From positions 330,001-362,000 of the forward strand of contig OZ252021.1 in assembly GCA_965247685.1 (NCBI GenBank): a stretch of 32,000 bases of DNA, in the 5' to 3' direction. Shown here piece after piece: positions 1 to 8,776 of the stretch (the stretch's first letter is position 1; the number at the start of each line of letters is the position of its first letter). The stretch is from Bdellovibrionales bacterium (GTDB lineage: Bacteria > Bdellovibrionota > Bdellovibrionia > Bdellovibrionales > UBA1609). A program made the position numbers and the translations under genes. The notes under the pieces were generated by a model that worked only from the letters and a program-made list of their open reading frames with translations, ran no database searches and was not told the origin of the DNA.

Positions 1-876
1 TAAAGATTTTTTAAAATTCCAACCAATAAAACTGTAGCTTTTTGGTTTTTGATTTTGCACTTTTCTTTTTTTAATAGTTTTTCCCCAAGGAGGTTTGGAT
101 GTCTTTTTAAAATAAGATTCTGCACTCAGTTGAATAAAATCCAACTGACCCTGCTCCATTCTTAATAAAGCATCATGAGAAGATGAAATAATTCGAAAAA
201 CAATGTTTTCAAAACGATACTGATCTTTAAAAACAGAATTCCCCCACCAAGAGGTATTCTTTTTTAAAACAATCTTCTTATTGCCATCATACTTAATCAA
301 TCGATAAGGTCCTGATCCAATAAGACTTCTGTTCATTTTTTTTTTCTTATCTTTGTAAATATGCTGAGGTAAAATTTTTAATTCCTCAACTAGATTATCA
401 AAAGTGCTGAATCGTTTCTCCTTGGCATAAAATCGAATAGTATGATTATTGATGACTTCTGATTTTCCAATATTTTCAAGATAAGGTAAATAATGAGCTC
501 CACCATAGCTGATATCTTGATAAGCAGAAAGAGAAAAAGCCACATCCTGAGCTGTTAGAGGCTTTCCATCATGCCACTTTACATTTTTCCTCAAATGAAA
601 AGTGTAAACTTTGTGATTTGGACTTACCTGCCACTTTTCAGCTAAAGAGGGCTCCCATTGATAGGAATCTAAATTTCTGATCAACAATTTATCAAAGACT
701 AACTTTGAAATATTTGTCGCAGCGGCATCAGAAGCACGAATAGGATGTAAAGTTTCTGGTTGCACACTGAGGCGACGATAAAAAGTAGAATTTTTAGAAC
801 TTTGAGGAGGTTTGTATTCACAAGAAATTAAGCAAGTCACTAAAAAAGTAACTAATATAGCAATAAAAATTCTCAT
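1..876 (-). CDS. ABC transporter substrate-binding lipoprotein, family 5 (peptide/nickel type); N-terminal 292 codons only, gene runs off the left edge
   Basis: Not in the supplied ORF track. My own reverse-complement translation from the ATG (cat at 874-876) stays open through position 1. It reads MRIFIAILVTFLVTCLISCEYKPP (signal peptide plus lipobox LISC), then FHLRKNVKWHDGKPLTAQDVAFSL and GSGPYRL, which are typical SBP_bac_5 blocks. Confidence 0.8.
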   Translation of the reverse strand, partial: MRIFIAILVTFLVTCLISCEYKPPQSSKNSTFYRRLSVQPETLHPIRASDAAATNISKLVFDKLLIRNLDSYQWEPSLAEKWQVSPNHKVYTFHLRKNVKWHDGKPLTAQDVAFSLSAYQDISYGGAHYLPYLENIGKSEVINNHTIRFYAKEKRFSTFDNLVEELKILPQHIYKDKKKKMNRSLIGSGPYRLIKYDGNKKIVLKKNTSWWGNSVFKDQYRFENIVFRIISSSHDALLRMEQGQLDFIQLSAESYFKKTSKPPWGKTIKKRKVQNQKPKSYSFIGWNFKKSL

Positions 877-1010
877 AAGGCGGCCTAAAATAACAAGATT
901 ATACAATTGATATATAAAGATTACAATAAATTTTTATTTTTTGAAATATTTTAAACGAATGATATTTTTTACTTTTTTTTCACAAAAAAAAAGCATAAGA
1001 AGATTAGTGT

Positions 1011-1982
1011 ATGAGTGAAATTTTTGGACAAACTGCAAGTTATGAAGACTCAAAAATTGCTCTCTTAGGAGTGCCTTGGGAAGTCACAGTTTCTCATTCC
1101 AGTGGTACAGTCCATGGACCTCAATGGATTCAACAGGCCTCTTCACAGCTGGATTTTTTTGATCCCAAGTTTCAACATAACCCTTCTCAACAAGGAATTC
1201 ACTTTCGACACTTAAAGTTTCCTCAGCAAAATCATCTTCGATTACTCGCATCACAAATCATTGAAATTAAAAAAAATCAACCCCCCATAAACCTCCAGAC
1301 TGTCAATAAAGGATGTTATGAAATGGTAGAGATCGTACAACGACATACAAAAAAAATCTTAGACGATCAAAAAATATTTGGACTCATAGGAGGAGATCAC
1401 TCTGTCAGTGAAGGAGCTCTACTTGAAATAGGAAGACGATATGAAAGCGATTTTGGACTTTTGCACTTCGATGCTCACGCTGACATGAGAAAAGCCTACC
1501 AAGGCTTTAAACACTCTCATGCTTCAGTTATGTACAATGTACTTCAACAACCCTACACCCCCCAGACTTTCGTCCAAGTTGGAGTCAGAGATTTGTGCGA
1601 AGAGGAGTTTCAAAGGATATCAGATCATAATCATGTTCATTGTTTTTTTGATCATGATATTAAAAAAAGACTCTTTGAAGGAGAAAGCTGGAAATCTATT
1701 ACCCAAGATATTTTAGAAAAACTTCCCTCTCGTGTTTATGTTTCTTTAGATGTTGATGCTCTCACTTGGAATTACGCCCCTCACACGGGATGCCCCGTTC
1801 CTGGAGGCTTGAGTTATGATCAGATCGTCTTTTTATTGGAACAACTTAAAGAGCAAAATAAGAAAATCATTGGATTTGATGTTGTAGAAGTCGCAAAACC
1901 CACAACTTCCCATTTAGGAGAATGGGATGGTAACGTGGGAGCCCGACTTGTTTACAAGCTTTGTGGATTATCGCTGTTTTAA
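1011..1982 (+). CDS. Arginase-family ureohydrolase (agmatinase-like)
   Basis: 323-aa ORF. All Mn-ligand blocks of the arginase/agmatinase family are present: GGDHSVS, HFDAHADM (DxHxD) and SLDVDAL. The substrate cannot be assigned from sequence alone. Confidence 0.85.
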   Translation: MSEIFGQTASYEDSKIALLGVPWEVTVSHSSGTVHGPQWIQQASSQLDFFDPKFQHNPSQQGIHFRHLKFPQQNHLRLLASQIIEIKKNQPPINLQTVNKGCYEMVEIVQRHTKKILDDQKIFGLIGGDHSVSEGALLEIGRRYESDFGLLHFDAHADMRKAYQGFKHSHASVMYNVLQQPYTPQTFVQVGVRDLCEEEFQRISDHNHVHCFFDHDIKKRLFEGESWKSITQDILEKLPSRVYVSLDVDALTWNYAPHTGCPVPGGLSYDQIVFLLEQLKEQNKKIIGFDVVEVAKPTTSHLGEWDGNVGARLVYKLCGLSLF

Positions 1983-1992
1983 AACTCAAAAA

Positions 1993-2358
1993 TTATCGAG
2001 CGTATTTTTTACCCATACTTTCTCGAATCTCAGCACCCTCAATACTACAAGAAGTCCAAGGGATTGTTTTTAATCTTTCTGGTTCGATTCTATCACCTGT
2101 TACTTCACAAACTCCATAAGAGCCTTCTTCAATGCGAGCTAAAGCTCTTTCAACTTCCGTAAGTTGCCTTTGGAATCTCTCATTCATGTATAAGAACTCA
2201 CCTTCTTTTAAAGATCGAATAGCTTGATCCCCTTCATCGCCGCCCTTAAAATCGTATTCAGAAAATTCACCACAACATTCTGTAAGACGATTGAGCAGCT
2301 CATCTTTTTTCTTTAGAAGCTTCTTTTGACAGATATTGATTAATTCTGTTGATGACAT
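1993..2358 (-). CDS. dksA: DksA/TraR-family RNA polymerase-binding factor, 2-Cys variant
   Basis: The track ORF starts at TTG 2409. I prefer ATG at 2356-2358 (MSSTELIN) because AAGGAG lies 6 nt upstream (minus strand, 2365-2370). The coiled-coil tip motif DEGDQA (DxxDxA) is present. The C-terminal finger region reads YGVCEVTGD...WTSCSIEG. Confidence 0.8.
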   Translation of the reverse strand: MSSTELINICQKKLLKKKDELLNRLTECCGEFSEYDFKGGDEGDQAIRSLKEGEFLYMNERFQRQLTEVERALARIEEGSYGVCEVTGDRIEPERLKTIPWTSCSIEGAEIRESMGKKYAR

Positions 2359-2619
2359 AACACTCTCCTTAGCATCAGGTAAATATGTATAACGGAACCT
2401 ACCCTCCAATAGTTTAGGTCAAAATATACGAAAATCTCTTTTAAGAACACTTTTTTTTAATAAGCAAGACTTTTTTATGTCGCAAAAGACCAAAAACAGT
2501 CATTTTTTGGGTTTTTAGTCTCCATCTGACATTTCACAGATAGAAGCTATTTAATTTTTGCAGGCCAAGAAATCAAAACTCATTGTCTCTATGAAGGTAA
2601 AAGTTTACAAGTTTAGGAC

Positions 2620-3561
2620 ATGGTTTTGAGCCTATTTCAGTTTTTTATTCATCTATTGCTTCTAATAGTCGGAAGTCATTTCTTGGTCAAGGGGAACTCT
2701 ATCTTGGCTTCTTTGTTAAAAACAAAAGTTTTCTTTGTTTCTCTCATCCTCTTAGGAATTGGGAGTTCTGCTCCAGAACTTTTTGTGACCATCACCAGCC
2801 ACTTACAGCAAGAGTCTGATATTGCCATAGGAAATATTTTAGGATCTAACATTTTTAATATTTTAATTGTTGGAGCTTTGATATTCCTAAGTACGAGAAA
2901 AATTCCCGACACTCTATCGATGTATAGGAGTATCTCTTTACTTTTAATCCTGACTCTCATTGCAGGGTTTTTATTATGGGATAACACCCTTTTTTGGTGG
3001 AAGGGGATTTTGTTTTTAGGAATGTTCATGTTCTTTTTTGTGCAATCTAAAAAATCTTTATTAGAAGAAGATTCTATTTTAGAGAGCTCCTCTTTAAAAC
3101 CTCCAATACTCATTTTGTTGTTTATTGGAGGCTTTGGACTGTTATTTTTTGGGGCAAAAGGGGTAATTTCCTCTTCTATTCAGATTGGAGAACACTTAGG
3201 TTTATCTAAAAGGTTAATTGGGCTTTTTCTAATCTCTATTGGTACAAGTTTGCCAGAGATTGCTATTGGACTCATCTCATTATTTAAGAAAAAAGCAGAG
3301 ATCGCATTGGGCAGTATTATTGGATCTAATGTTTTTAATACTTTTTTTATCCCTGCTATCGCTTCCTTTATAGCCCCTATAAAAATATCTTCCACTCTTT
3401 TAAAAGTAGATGGTGTCGTGGTGATACTAGCCAGCAGTTTGCTACTACTTTCAATTTATCTTTTTGATAAGATTTCCAGAGTTTTTCTCAGTAGTCTTTT
3501 CATCATCAGTTACTTCTTGTACACTTACTTTGTACTCCTTCATCGAACACCCTTGAATTAA
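2620..3561 (+). CDS. CaCA-family cation/Ca2+ antiporter (YrbG-like Na+/Ca2+ exchanger)
   Basis: 313-aa polytopic membrane protein. It carries the two alpha-repeat signatures GSSAPELFVT...GNILGSNIFNIL and GTSLPEIAIG...GSIIGSNVFNT. Confidence 0.9.
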   Translation: MVLSLFQFFIHLLLLIVGSHFLVKGNSILASLLKTKVFFVSLILLGIGSSAPELFVTITSHLQQESDIAIGNILGSNIFNILIVGALIFLSTRKIPDTLSMYRSISLLLILTLIAGFLLWDNTLFWWKGILFLGMFMFFFVQSKKSLLEEDSILESSSLKPPILILLFIGGFGLLFFGAKGVISSSIQIGEHLGLSKRLIGLFLISIGTSLPEIAIGLISLFKKKAEIALGSIIGSNVFNTFFIPAIASFIAPIKISSTLLKVDGVVVILASSLLLLSIYLFDKISRVFLSSLFIISYFLYTYFVLLHRTPLN

Positions 3562-3582
3562 AGATTTGCGGCAAAAATCTTT
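3560..3582. terminator. Weak AT-rich hairpin between convergent stop codons (possible bidirectional terminator)
   Basis: The 8-bp inverted repeat aaagattt (3560-3567) / aaatcttt (3575-3582) flanks a 7-nt loop gcggcaa. It sits between the antiporter stop and the ribE stop. It has only one G:C pair, so it is a weak structure. Confidence 0.2.
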
Positions 3583-4202
3583 TATTTCACTGGATCAATG
3601 TTGATACCAAAGTTGGAAATATACTGGTGCACAATACGAGTTAAATAACACACTTCAAAAGTCACCGTTGAATCTTCTTTCAATTCTGATAAATTTGTTC
3701 TTTTTAAGGTTTCAGGAACTAAACCCATACGTGCCTGATTTTTTGACAAAACTTCTTGGAAAGTTAAACTCACTCCATTAATCGTAATAAACCCTTTATT
3801 AAATAAAAACCCTTCAAACTCCTTTGGAAACTGAAAAGTCACCAATTTATTTTCACCTCGATTCTCGATCTGACTGACCTGAGCGAGTCCATCGACATGG
3901 CCCGTGACAAAATGACCTCCTAACTGTTGATTCACTCTTAGAGAAGGCTCTAAATTAACCACTTTATTTTTTAAATTCTGAGCTGACCATTTCGTAGTTC
4001 TTAAGGTATCGTAAGCAAGAGCAAAAATTAGAGTTTTATCGGTGAGTTTTTCCAACGTCAGACAAACACCATCTACAGCAACACTATCCCCCTCTTGAAC
4101 ATCTTTCAAAGAGGAAGGTCGCGCAATATGAAGTTCTAAAACTTGATCCCTAGGTAAAGCTTCGATAACAAGGGCTTTAAAGACGATAAGTCCAGTGAAC
4201 AT
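3582..4202 (-). CDS. ribE: Riboflavin synthase (alpha chain)
   Basis: MFTGLI N-terminus, duplicated lumazine-binding repeats (DGVCLTL / INGVSLT) and GGHFVTGHVDG. 206 aa. Confidence 0.9.
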   Translation of the reverse strand: MFTGLIVFKALVIEALPRDQVLELHIARPSSLKDVQEGDSVAVDGVCLTLEKLTDKTLIFALAYDTLRTTKWSAQNLKNKVVNLEPSLRVNQQLGGHFVTGHVDGLAQVSQIENRGENKLVTFQFPKEFEGFLFNKGFITINGVSLTFQEVLSKNQARMGLVPETLKRTNLSELKEDSTVTFEVCYLTRIVHQYISNFGINIDPVK

Positions 4203-4207
4203 AAACT

Positions 4208-4765
4208 TTACAATAGATCTTTTGTTTTAGAAAGCTCACTTAACTTTTTTTCCACTCTATCTTCTAAATCCCCTATTCCTTCTAAAGAATCTTCATCTAA
4301 TTTGGGAAGTAGAGTATGTACAGGATCTTGCTCTAGTAAATCCTGATGAGACTGCAACACAGCTTTCATTGTATTTTTCAACTGTAAGTGAACTCGTCTC
4401 AAATTGGATAAATCTTGGTACACAGCTTTGAGCGAATCTCGTGCATCTTGGGTGATTAAGTCTGCCTTTCTGTGAGCTTCTTCCACAACATCTCGAGCTG
4501 TCGTTTCAGCTTGAACCTGCATGTTTTGCGCTGTTTGCTGTGCGGTTGTAATAGCTTCTCTGAGCAAATCTTCACGAGCTTTATATTCTTTTAATTGATT
4601 CTCTTTTTGGCAAAGTTGCTCTTGAAGTTGGGCATTCTTTTGAAGAAGCTCCTCATAATCCGCAGCCACTCTCTCTAAAAAAGCAGAAATCTCTTTACGA
4701 CTGTATCCACCGAAAATTTTAGATGAAAATACTCGAACCGCAATATCGTCTGGAGTGAGCTTCAT
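4208..4765 (-). CDS. divIVA: DivIVA-domain cell-division/polarity protein
   Basis: The N-terminal motif LTPDDIAVRVFSSKIFGGYSRKEISAFLERV is followed by a long coiled coil. A G-rich RBS (AGGGGGG) lies upstream. The stop is 5 nt from the ribE start. Confidence 0.85.
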   Translation of the reverse strand: MKLTPDDIAVRVFSSKIFGGYSRKEISAFLERVAADYEELLQKNAQLQEQLCQKENQLKEYKAREDLLREAITTAQQTAQNMQVQAETTARDVVEEAHRKADLITQDARDSLKAVYQDLSNLRRVHLQLKNTMKAVLQSHQDLLEQDPVHTLLPKLDEDSLEGIGDLEDRVEKKLSELSKTKDLL

Positions 4766-4868
4766 AAATCCCCCCTATCCCAAAGTTAATGAATAGAACT
4801 CACTTTAAAATAAATTTTTAATCTAAATCAATAAATAAATTAAATTTTCACTTTAAAAGTTTCTTTAT

Positions 4869-4896
4869 TAAGGTTTAGGGCAAAAAAATCCGATAT
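4869..4896 (+). promoter_or_regulatory. Candidate sigma-28 (FliA)-like promoter upstream of the TadC-like/FHA operon
   Basis: TAAGGTTT (4869-4876), a 12-nt spacer, then TCCGATAT (4889-4896). The enterobacterial consensus is TAAAGTTT-N11-GCCGATAA. The element ends 41 nt before ATG 4938. Confidence 0.25.
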
Positions 4897-4937
4897 TTTG
4901 TTTAAATAACCCATTTTTAAAGAGGGAATGATTAAAA

Positions 4938-5849
4938 ATGACATTTGATTTTGGACTTATTCTTTTATTGAGTGCTTTACTCCTGCTGGCTGTAGCGGTG
5001 TATTTGTTTGTTTCTACCATCCTAAACATGAACTCAGATCAAGCTGGTCTCGCTCTGGCAGAAGAAAGTGAACAACACAAAGCTATCCCTTTAATCCACT
5101 TTTCTAAGCCTTTGGTTCAAAATTTAACCATTCAGCAAACTAAATACGTGAAAAGTAAACAATATAGACAGAATGTGCAGAAAAAAATTGTTTTTGCTGG
5201 ATTAGCTAAAGAACTCACTGTGGATGAATTCATCGGGCTTCAAATTCTTTGGGGAGTGATGTTCCCTCTAGGAGCTCTTATTTTAAATTTTGCATTGCAA
5301 ATCGGCTACCCTTTTTATGTTTTCATCATAGTAGGAGCTCTTGGTGCTTTTTTTCCTCATATCTACTGTAAAACTCTGTCTCAGAAAAAAGTTTTATCTG
5401 TGGAAAAAGAATTGCCATTTTTTATTGATCTTCTTGCACTCAGTACAGAAGCTGGCTTGGATTTAGTGGCATCTATTCAAAAAATCACAGAAAAAGCAAG
5501 TGCTCAATCTATACTGGCTCAGGAGTTTCATACCGTACTTAAAGAAATCACTTTAGGATCGAGTCGTAAAGAAGCTTTCGGTAATTTACAAAAAAGAATC
5601 GACTCAAAAGAAATTCAAAGCTTTGCAATAACTATACAAGATGCAGATGAAACAGGTGCCAGTGTTGCTCAAACGCTCAAGGCAAAATCAGAGCAAATGA
5701 GATATGAACGTTTTAACAAAGCTGAGCAGGCAGGAGCCAAGGCTTCACAAAAAATTCTTATTCCAATGATCATGTTCGTTTTACCTGCTGTCTTTATCGC
5801 TGTCTTTGCTCCTATAGCTTTAAGCTTTTATTATAAAAAAGGTGGTTAA
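4938..5849 (+). CDS. Type II secretion system F-family platform protein, TadB/TadC-like
   Basis: 303 aa with an N-terminal TM, a central TM pair and a C-terminal TM. A T2SS-F-type cytoplasmic domain is present (ELPFFIDLLALSTEAGLDLVASIQKI ... ADETGASVAQTL). Confidence 0.75.
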   Translation: MTFDFGLILLLSALLLLAVAVYLFVSTILNMNSDQAGLALAEESEQHKAIPLIHFSKPLVQNLTIQQTKYVKSKQYRQNVQKKIVFAGLAKELTVDEFIGLQILWGVMFPLGALILNFALQIGYPFYVFIIVGALGAFFPHIYCKTLSQKKVLSVEKELPFFIDLLALSTEAGLDLVASIQKITEKASAQSILAQEFHTVLKEITLGSSRKEAFGNLQKRIDSKEIQSFAITIQDADETGASVAQTLKAKSEQMRYERFNKAEQAGAKASQKILIPMIMFVLPAVFIAVFAPIALSFYYKKGG

Positions 5850-5851
5850 AA

Positions 5852-6265
5852 TTGGCAGCTCTAATCCACAAAGAAACGAATCAAGTTCTTTCTTCTCAGG
5901 TTGTACACTCTCACAGTCTTTTGAAAAGAATGAAGGGGCTCATCGGTTCACAAGCTTTGATCAAAGATCAGGCGATGTGGCTTAAACCATGTTCCAGTAT
6001 TCATACTTATTTCATGTCTTTTCCTATTGACGTAGTCTTTACAGATAAAAATCTTCGTGTCACAGGTGTCGTAGAAAATATTTCTCCTTGGAAAATTGTA
6101 AATCAAAAAGGACGAGTGATGAACATATGGCAGTCTTTTCTTTCTTCTGAAACCTACTCTATTATAAAATTATTTCAAAACTACAGCGCATTTGAATTTT
6201 CTGGCGGCACACTAGCCGACAAAATTAAAATTCAAGAAGGAGATCAACTCCATGTGGTCTATTAG
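5852..6265 (+). CDS. DUF192-family protein
   Basis: The TTG start is preceded by GGTGG 6 nt upstream. The DUF192-like core reads MWLKPCSSIHTYFMSFPIDVVFTDKNLRVTGVVENISPW ... FEFSGGTLADKIKIQEGDQL. There is a 2-nt gap to the upstream gene. Confidence 0.7.
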   Translation: MAALIHKETNQVLSSQVVHSHSLLKRMKGLIGSQALIKDQAMWLKPCSSIHTYFMSFPIDVVFTDKNLRVTGVVENISPWKIVNQKGRVMNIWQSFLSSETYSIIKLFQNYSAFEFSGGTLADKIKIQEGDQLHVVY

Positions 6266-7820
6266 ATTTTTAAACGGACCAAAAGCGGGAACTCAAATTC
6301 CTCTTTCCGAAGGAACTCATAACATAGGACGCTCTTCTTCCTGTGCTGTTCATATTCAAGCACCAGGAATATCCAAAGTCCATGCAGAACTTATCATCAA
6401 AGATAATAAACTCACTCTTTCAGATAAAAACTCCAGCAATGGAACTTTTGTTAATGGAGTAAAAATTAAAAAAGAAGTGATTGAAATGGGAGATCAAGTT
6501 TCTCTATTTGATATTGTCTTTGATATTATTCGTACTCATATTCCACAACAACCAATAGCTCCATTACAACAACCTTCTTCAAGCAATGGCAACGTTGTAC
6601 AACAAGAAAATCAATCCCTATATCAGCCACCCCCTGCCTCGTCCTCTAAGCTACAAAGCTGGTGGAGCCATTATCTAAAAACAGTCATCACACCTGGAAT
6701 CTACAAAATCCCTGAATGGGTTGAATTTAAATGGGCTGTAGGATTTTTTGCTATTGGTTTTATTCTTTTAGTCTCGATACTATCTGCTTTTCCTTTAACT
6801 CAAATATTAAAGTCTAGTGTCGAAAAAGAAAGCATGTACCATGCAGAAAGTATTGCCCTAGCCCTTGCTGAAAGAAATCGAACAATGTTGGCTGAAGGGT
6901 TGCAAACAGCTCTCACCACAGATTTTGCTCAAAGAAGACCTGGTGTTAAATCTGCTATGATTATTAACGCATCTGATGGCCGTATTATTGCTCCCATTGA
7001 AAAAATTCACACCTACCCCACTTATTCCTTCATTCATTCTGGAAGACGAAAAGGACAAAAAATAGTAGAAAAAATCGATTCATCCACTATCGGAGCTATG
7101 ATCCCTATTCAAGCATTTAATCCTAAAATTGATGCTATAGATGTCATTGCTTATTCCGTCGTTATTTACAATATGGGGGCTTTAGTTGTGGATAATAATC
7201 AAACTACAAGTCTTATTGTTCAATCGCTGGCTCTAGCCCTTATCATTGGTTCCTTGATGTTTTTCTTCATGTATCGAATGATTGTCTTTCCTTTTGAATC
7301 TATTGATGAACAACTCAACCAAGCATTAAAAGATAGTTCAAAAGGCATTTCAAACTCCTACCAATTTCCTGCTCTACAAAGTATATGTTCCAACATTAAT
7401 AACCTTTTGGAGCGTGTTCACACGAATCAAGATGCCATGTCTTCATCTCCTCAAGTGACTGTGAACCGGCAACATGAAATGAACAACCTTGTAGAATTAG
7501 TTGGATTCGCCTGCCTCTGCATTCAAGTCGAAACATCATCGATTGTAGCTATGAACTCTGCTTTTGAGCAACAAACTGGTCTTTCCTCTGAATATGTTTT
7601 ACATCAAAATATTGAAGATGTGGGTGATATGTCTTTAAAACAGCAACTTCAAAATGTGTCTGAACAAGTGACTCAAGATCCTTCCCAAATATATACCGAT
7701 CATCTAGAATTTAATAACACCTCTTTTCAAGTGACCGCACAGGGTGTGTACGGCAACCACACTGTAGTCTACATCCTTGTGGCTTTTATACCAGAAACTG
7801 AGGAGGAAGGTGCCTCATGA
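6252..7820 (+). CDS. FHA-domain membrane protein: FHA, TM, extracytoplasmic domain, TM, HAMP/PAS-like C-terminus
   Basis: N-terminal FHA signature NIGRSSSCAVHIQAPGISKVHAELI...SDKNSSNGTFVNG, then a P/Q-rich linker. Hydrophobic segments are WAVGFFAIGFILLVSILSAFPL and LIVQSLALALIIGSLMFFFMYRMIVF. The gene overlaps the DUF192 gene by 14 nt. Confidence 0.75.
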   Translation: MWSIRFLNGPKAGTQIPLSEGTHNIGRSSSCAVHIQAPGISKVHAELIIKDNKLTLSDKNSSNGTFVNGVKIKKEVIEMGDQVSLFDIVFDIIRTHIPQQPIAPLQQPSSSNGNVVQQENQSLYQPPPASSSKLQSWWSHYLKTVITPGIYKIPEWVEFKWAVGFFAIGFILLVSILSAFPLTQILKSSVEKESMYHAESIALALAERNRTMLAEGLQTALTTDFAQRRPGVKSAMIINASDGRIIAPIEKIHTYPTYSFIHSGRRKGQKIVEKIDSSTIGAMIPIQAFNPKIDAIDVIAYSVVIYNMGALVVDNNQTTSLIVQSLALALIIGSLMFFFMYRMIVFPFESIDEQLNQALKDSSKGISNSYQFPALQSICSNINNLLERVHTNQDAMSSSPQVTVNRQHEMNNLVELVGFACLCIQVETSSIVAMNSAFEQQTGLSSEYVLHQNIEDVGDMSLKQQLQNVSEQVTQDPSQIYTDHLEFNNTSFQVTAQGVYGNHTVVYILVAFIPETEEEGAS

Positions 7821-8776
7821 AGTCCTTAGCTTTGCGAAAAAAACCTATTGTTAAAACTAAACTTCGAGTTTTAAATGGTCCTTTAAAAAATCGATCTTTT
7901 AAATTAATTTCTGATCAGATATATATTGGTCGAGCGCCTGAAGTCAATGATGTCGTCCTTGCTCATGATCCTTATTGCTCTAGAAAGCACGCTTTACTCA
8001 CTTACTCTAAAAAAGGTCAATACATTGTGGCAAAGCTTTCAGAAAACCCTAATTTATACATCAATAAAAAGCTAGTCAAAACAAAAGCTCCGCTGAAAAA
8101 CAAAGATATTCTAATTGTAGGCCAAACCCAACTCCAATTAGAAGTGTTGAAAAAAGCAGAGATCGCTGTTGTTCCCAAAAACTCTCCAGCCCTTGTAGCT
8201 CCCCCTCCTCTACAAGATCACTTATCAGAAGAAAAAAAGAAATCTCCTCTGCCTCGATTGGTTATCATTGGGCTCTTTGTACTAGGAGGAATATTATTTT
8301 TTATGGATTCAAGTAAACAAGATGCTCAGAAAAAAGAACAAATAAAACTACGCACTCAACAGGATTTAGAAGAAGATATTAATACTTTGAAACAACAATC
8401 GGAAGATATTAAAAAATCAAATATAAGGACTCCTGCTTATAAAAATGCTCAAATTGCCTATTTAAAAGGGGTTAGAGATTTTAGAAAAGGATATTATGGT
8501 CGAGCAATTGAAAACTTTAGAACTTGTAAAACAATTTACCCTCAACATACACTTTGCAGCGGGTATTTAGAAAAATCCCAAATTAAATACGAACAACTAG
8601 CTCAAAACTATTTAGTGTTAGGTCAACAGTACAAAGAGAACAACCAATATACGTACTGTATGGCATCATTTAAAACTGTGATGAAAATGACGTCTCACAA
8701 CCTCAATCACCCCTTATACGAAGAGGCAGTGAGTAGTTACAATTTTTGTAGCCTTCAATTGAAGGATAGATATTAA
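7817..8776 (+). CDS. FHA-domain bitopic membrane protein with TPR-like extracytoplasmic part
   Basis: FHA signature YIGRAPEVNDVVLAHDPYCSRKHALL...ILIVGQTQLQLEV and a single TM (LPRLVIIGLFVLGGILFFM). The C-terminus is helical-repeat-like. An ATGA overlap joins it to the upstream gene. Confidence 0.7.
   Translation: MKSLALRKKPIVKTKLRVLNGPLKNRSFKLISDQIYIGRAPEVNDVVLAHDPYCSRKHALLTYSKKGQYIVAKLSENPNLYINKKLVKTKAPLKNKDILIVGQTQLQLEVLKKAEIAVVPKNSPALVAPPPLQDHLSEEKKKSPLPRLVIIGLFVLGGILFFMDSSKQDAQKKEQIKLRTQQDLEEDINTLKQQSEDIKKSNIRTPAYKNAQIAYLKGVRDFRKGYYGRAIENFRTCKTIYPQHTLCSGYLEKSQIKYEQLAQNYLVLGQQYKENNQYTYCMASFKTVMKMTSHNLNHPLYEEAVSSYNFCSLQLKDRY

Noticed and set aside
336-345. A T10 run (A10 on the coding strand, encoding a Lys run) inside the substrate-binding protein gene could be a phase-variation tract.
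   Set aside because: Poly-A Lys runs are frequent in this AT-rich, Lys-rich proteome (several A8-A9 tracts occur elsewhere in the window). Nothing here shows length variation.
973-992. T8-CAC-A9 palindrome just upstream of the ureohydrolase start codon.
   Set aside because: It is a pure A/T hairpin with negligible stability. Such tracts are common in AT-rich intergenic DNA, and there is no supporting context for a regulatory role.
2477-2518. A 13-codon mini-ORF (MSQKTKNSHFLGF) overlaps a 7-bp hairpin CCAAAAA/TTTTTGG (2490-2510) followed by a T5 run, in the dksA/antiporter intergenic region.
   Set aside because: The hairpin has only two G:C pairs. There is no upstream gene on either strand for it to terminate, and no RBS for the mini-ORF. 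It looks like chance structure.
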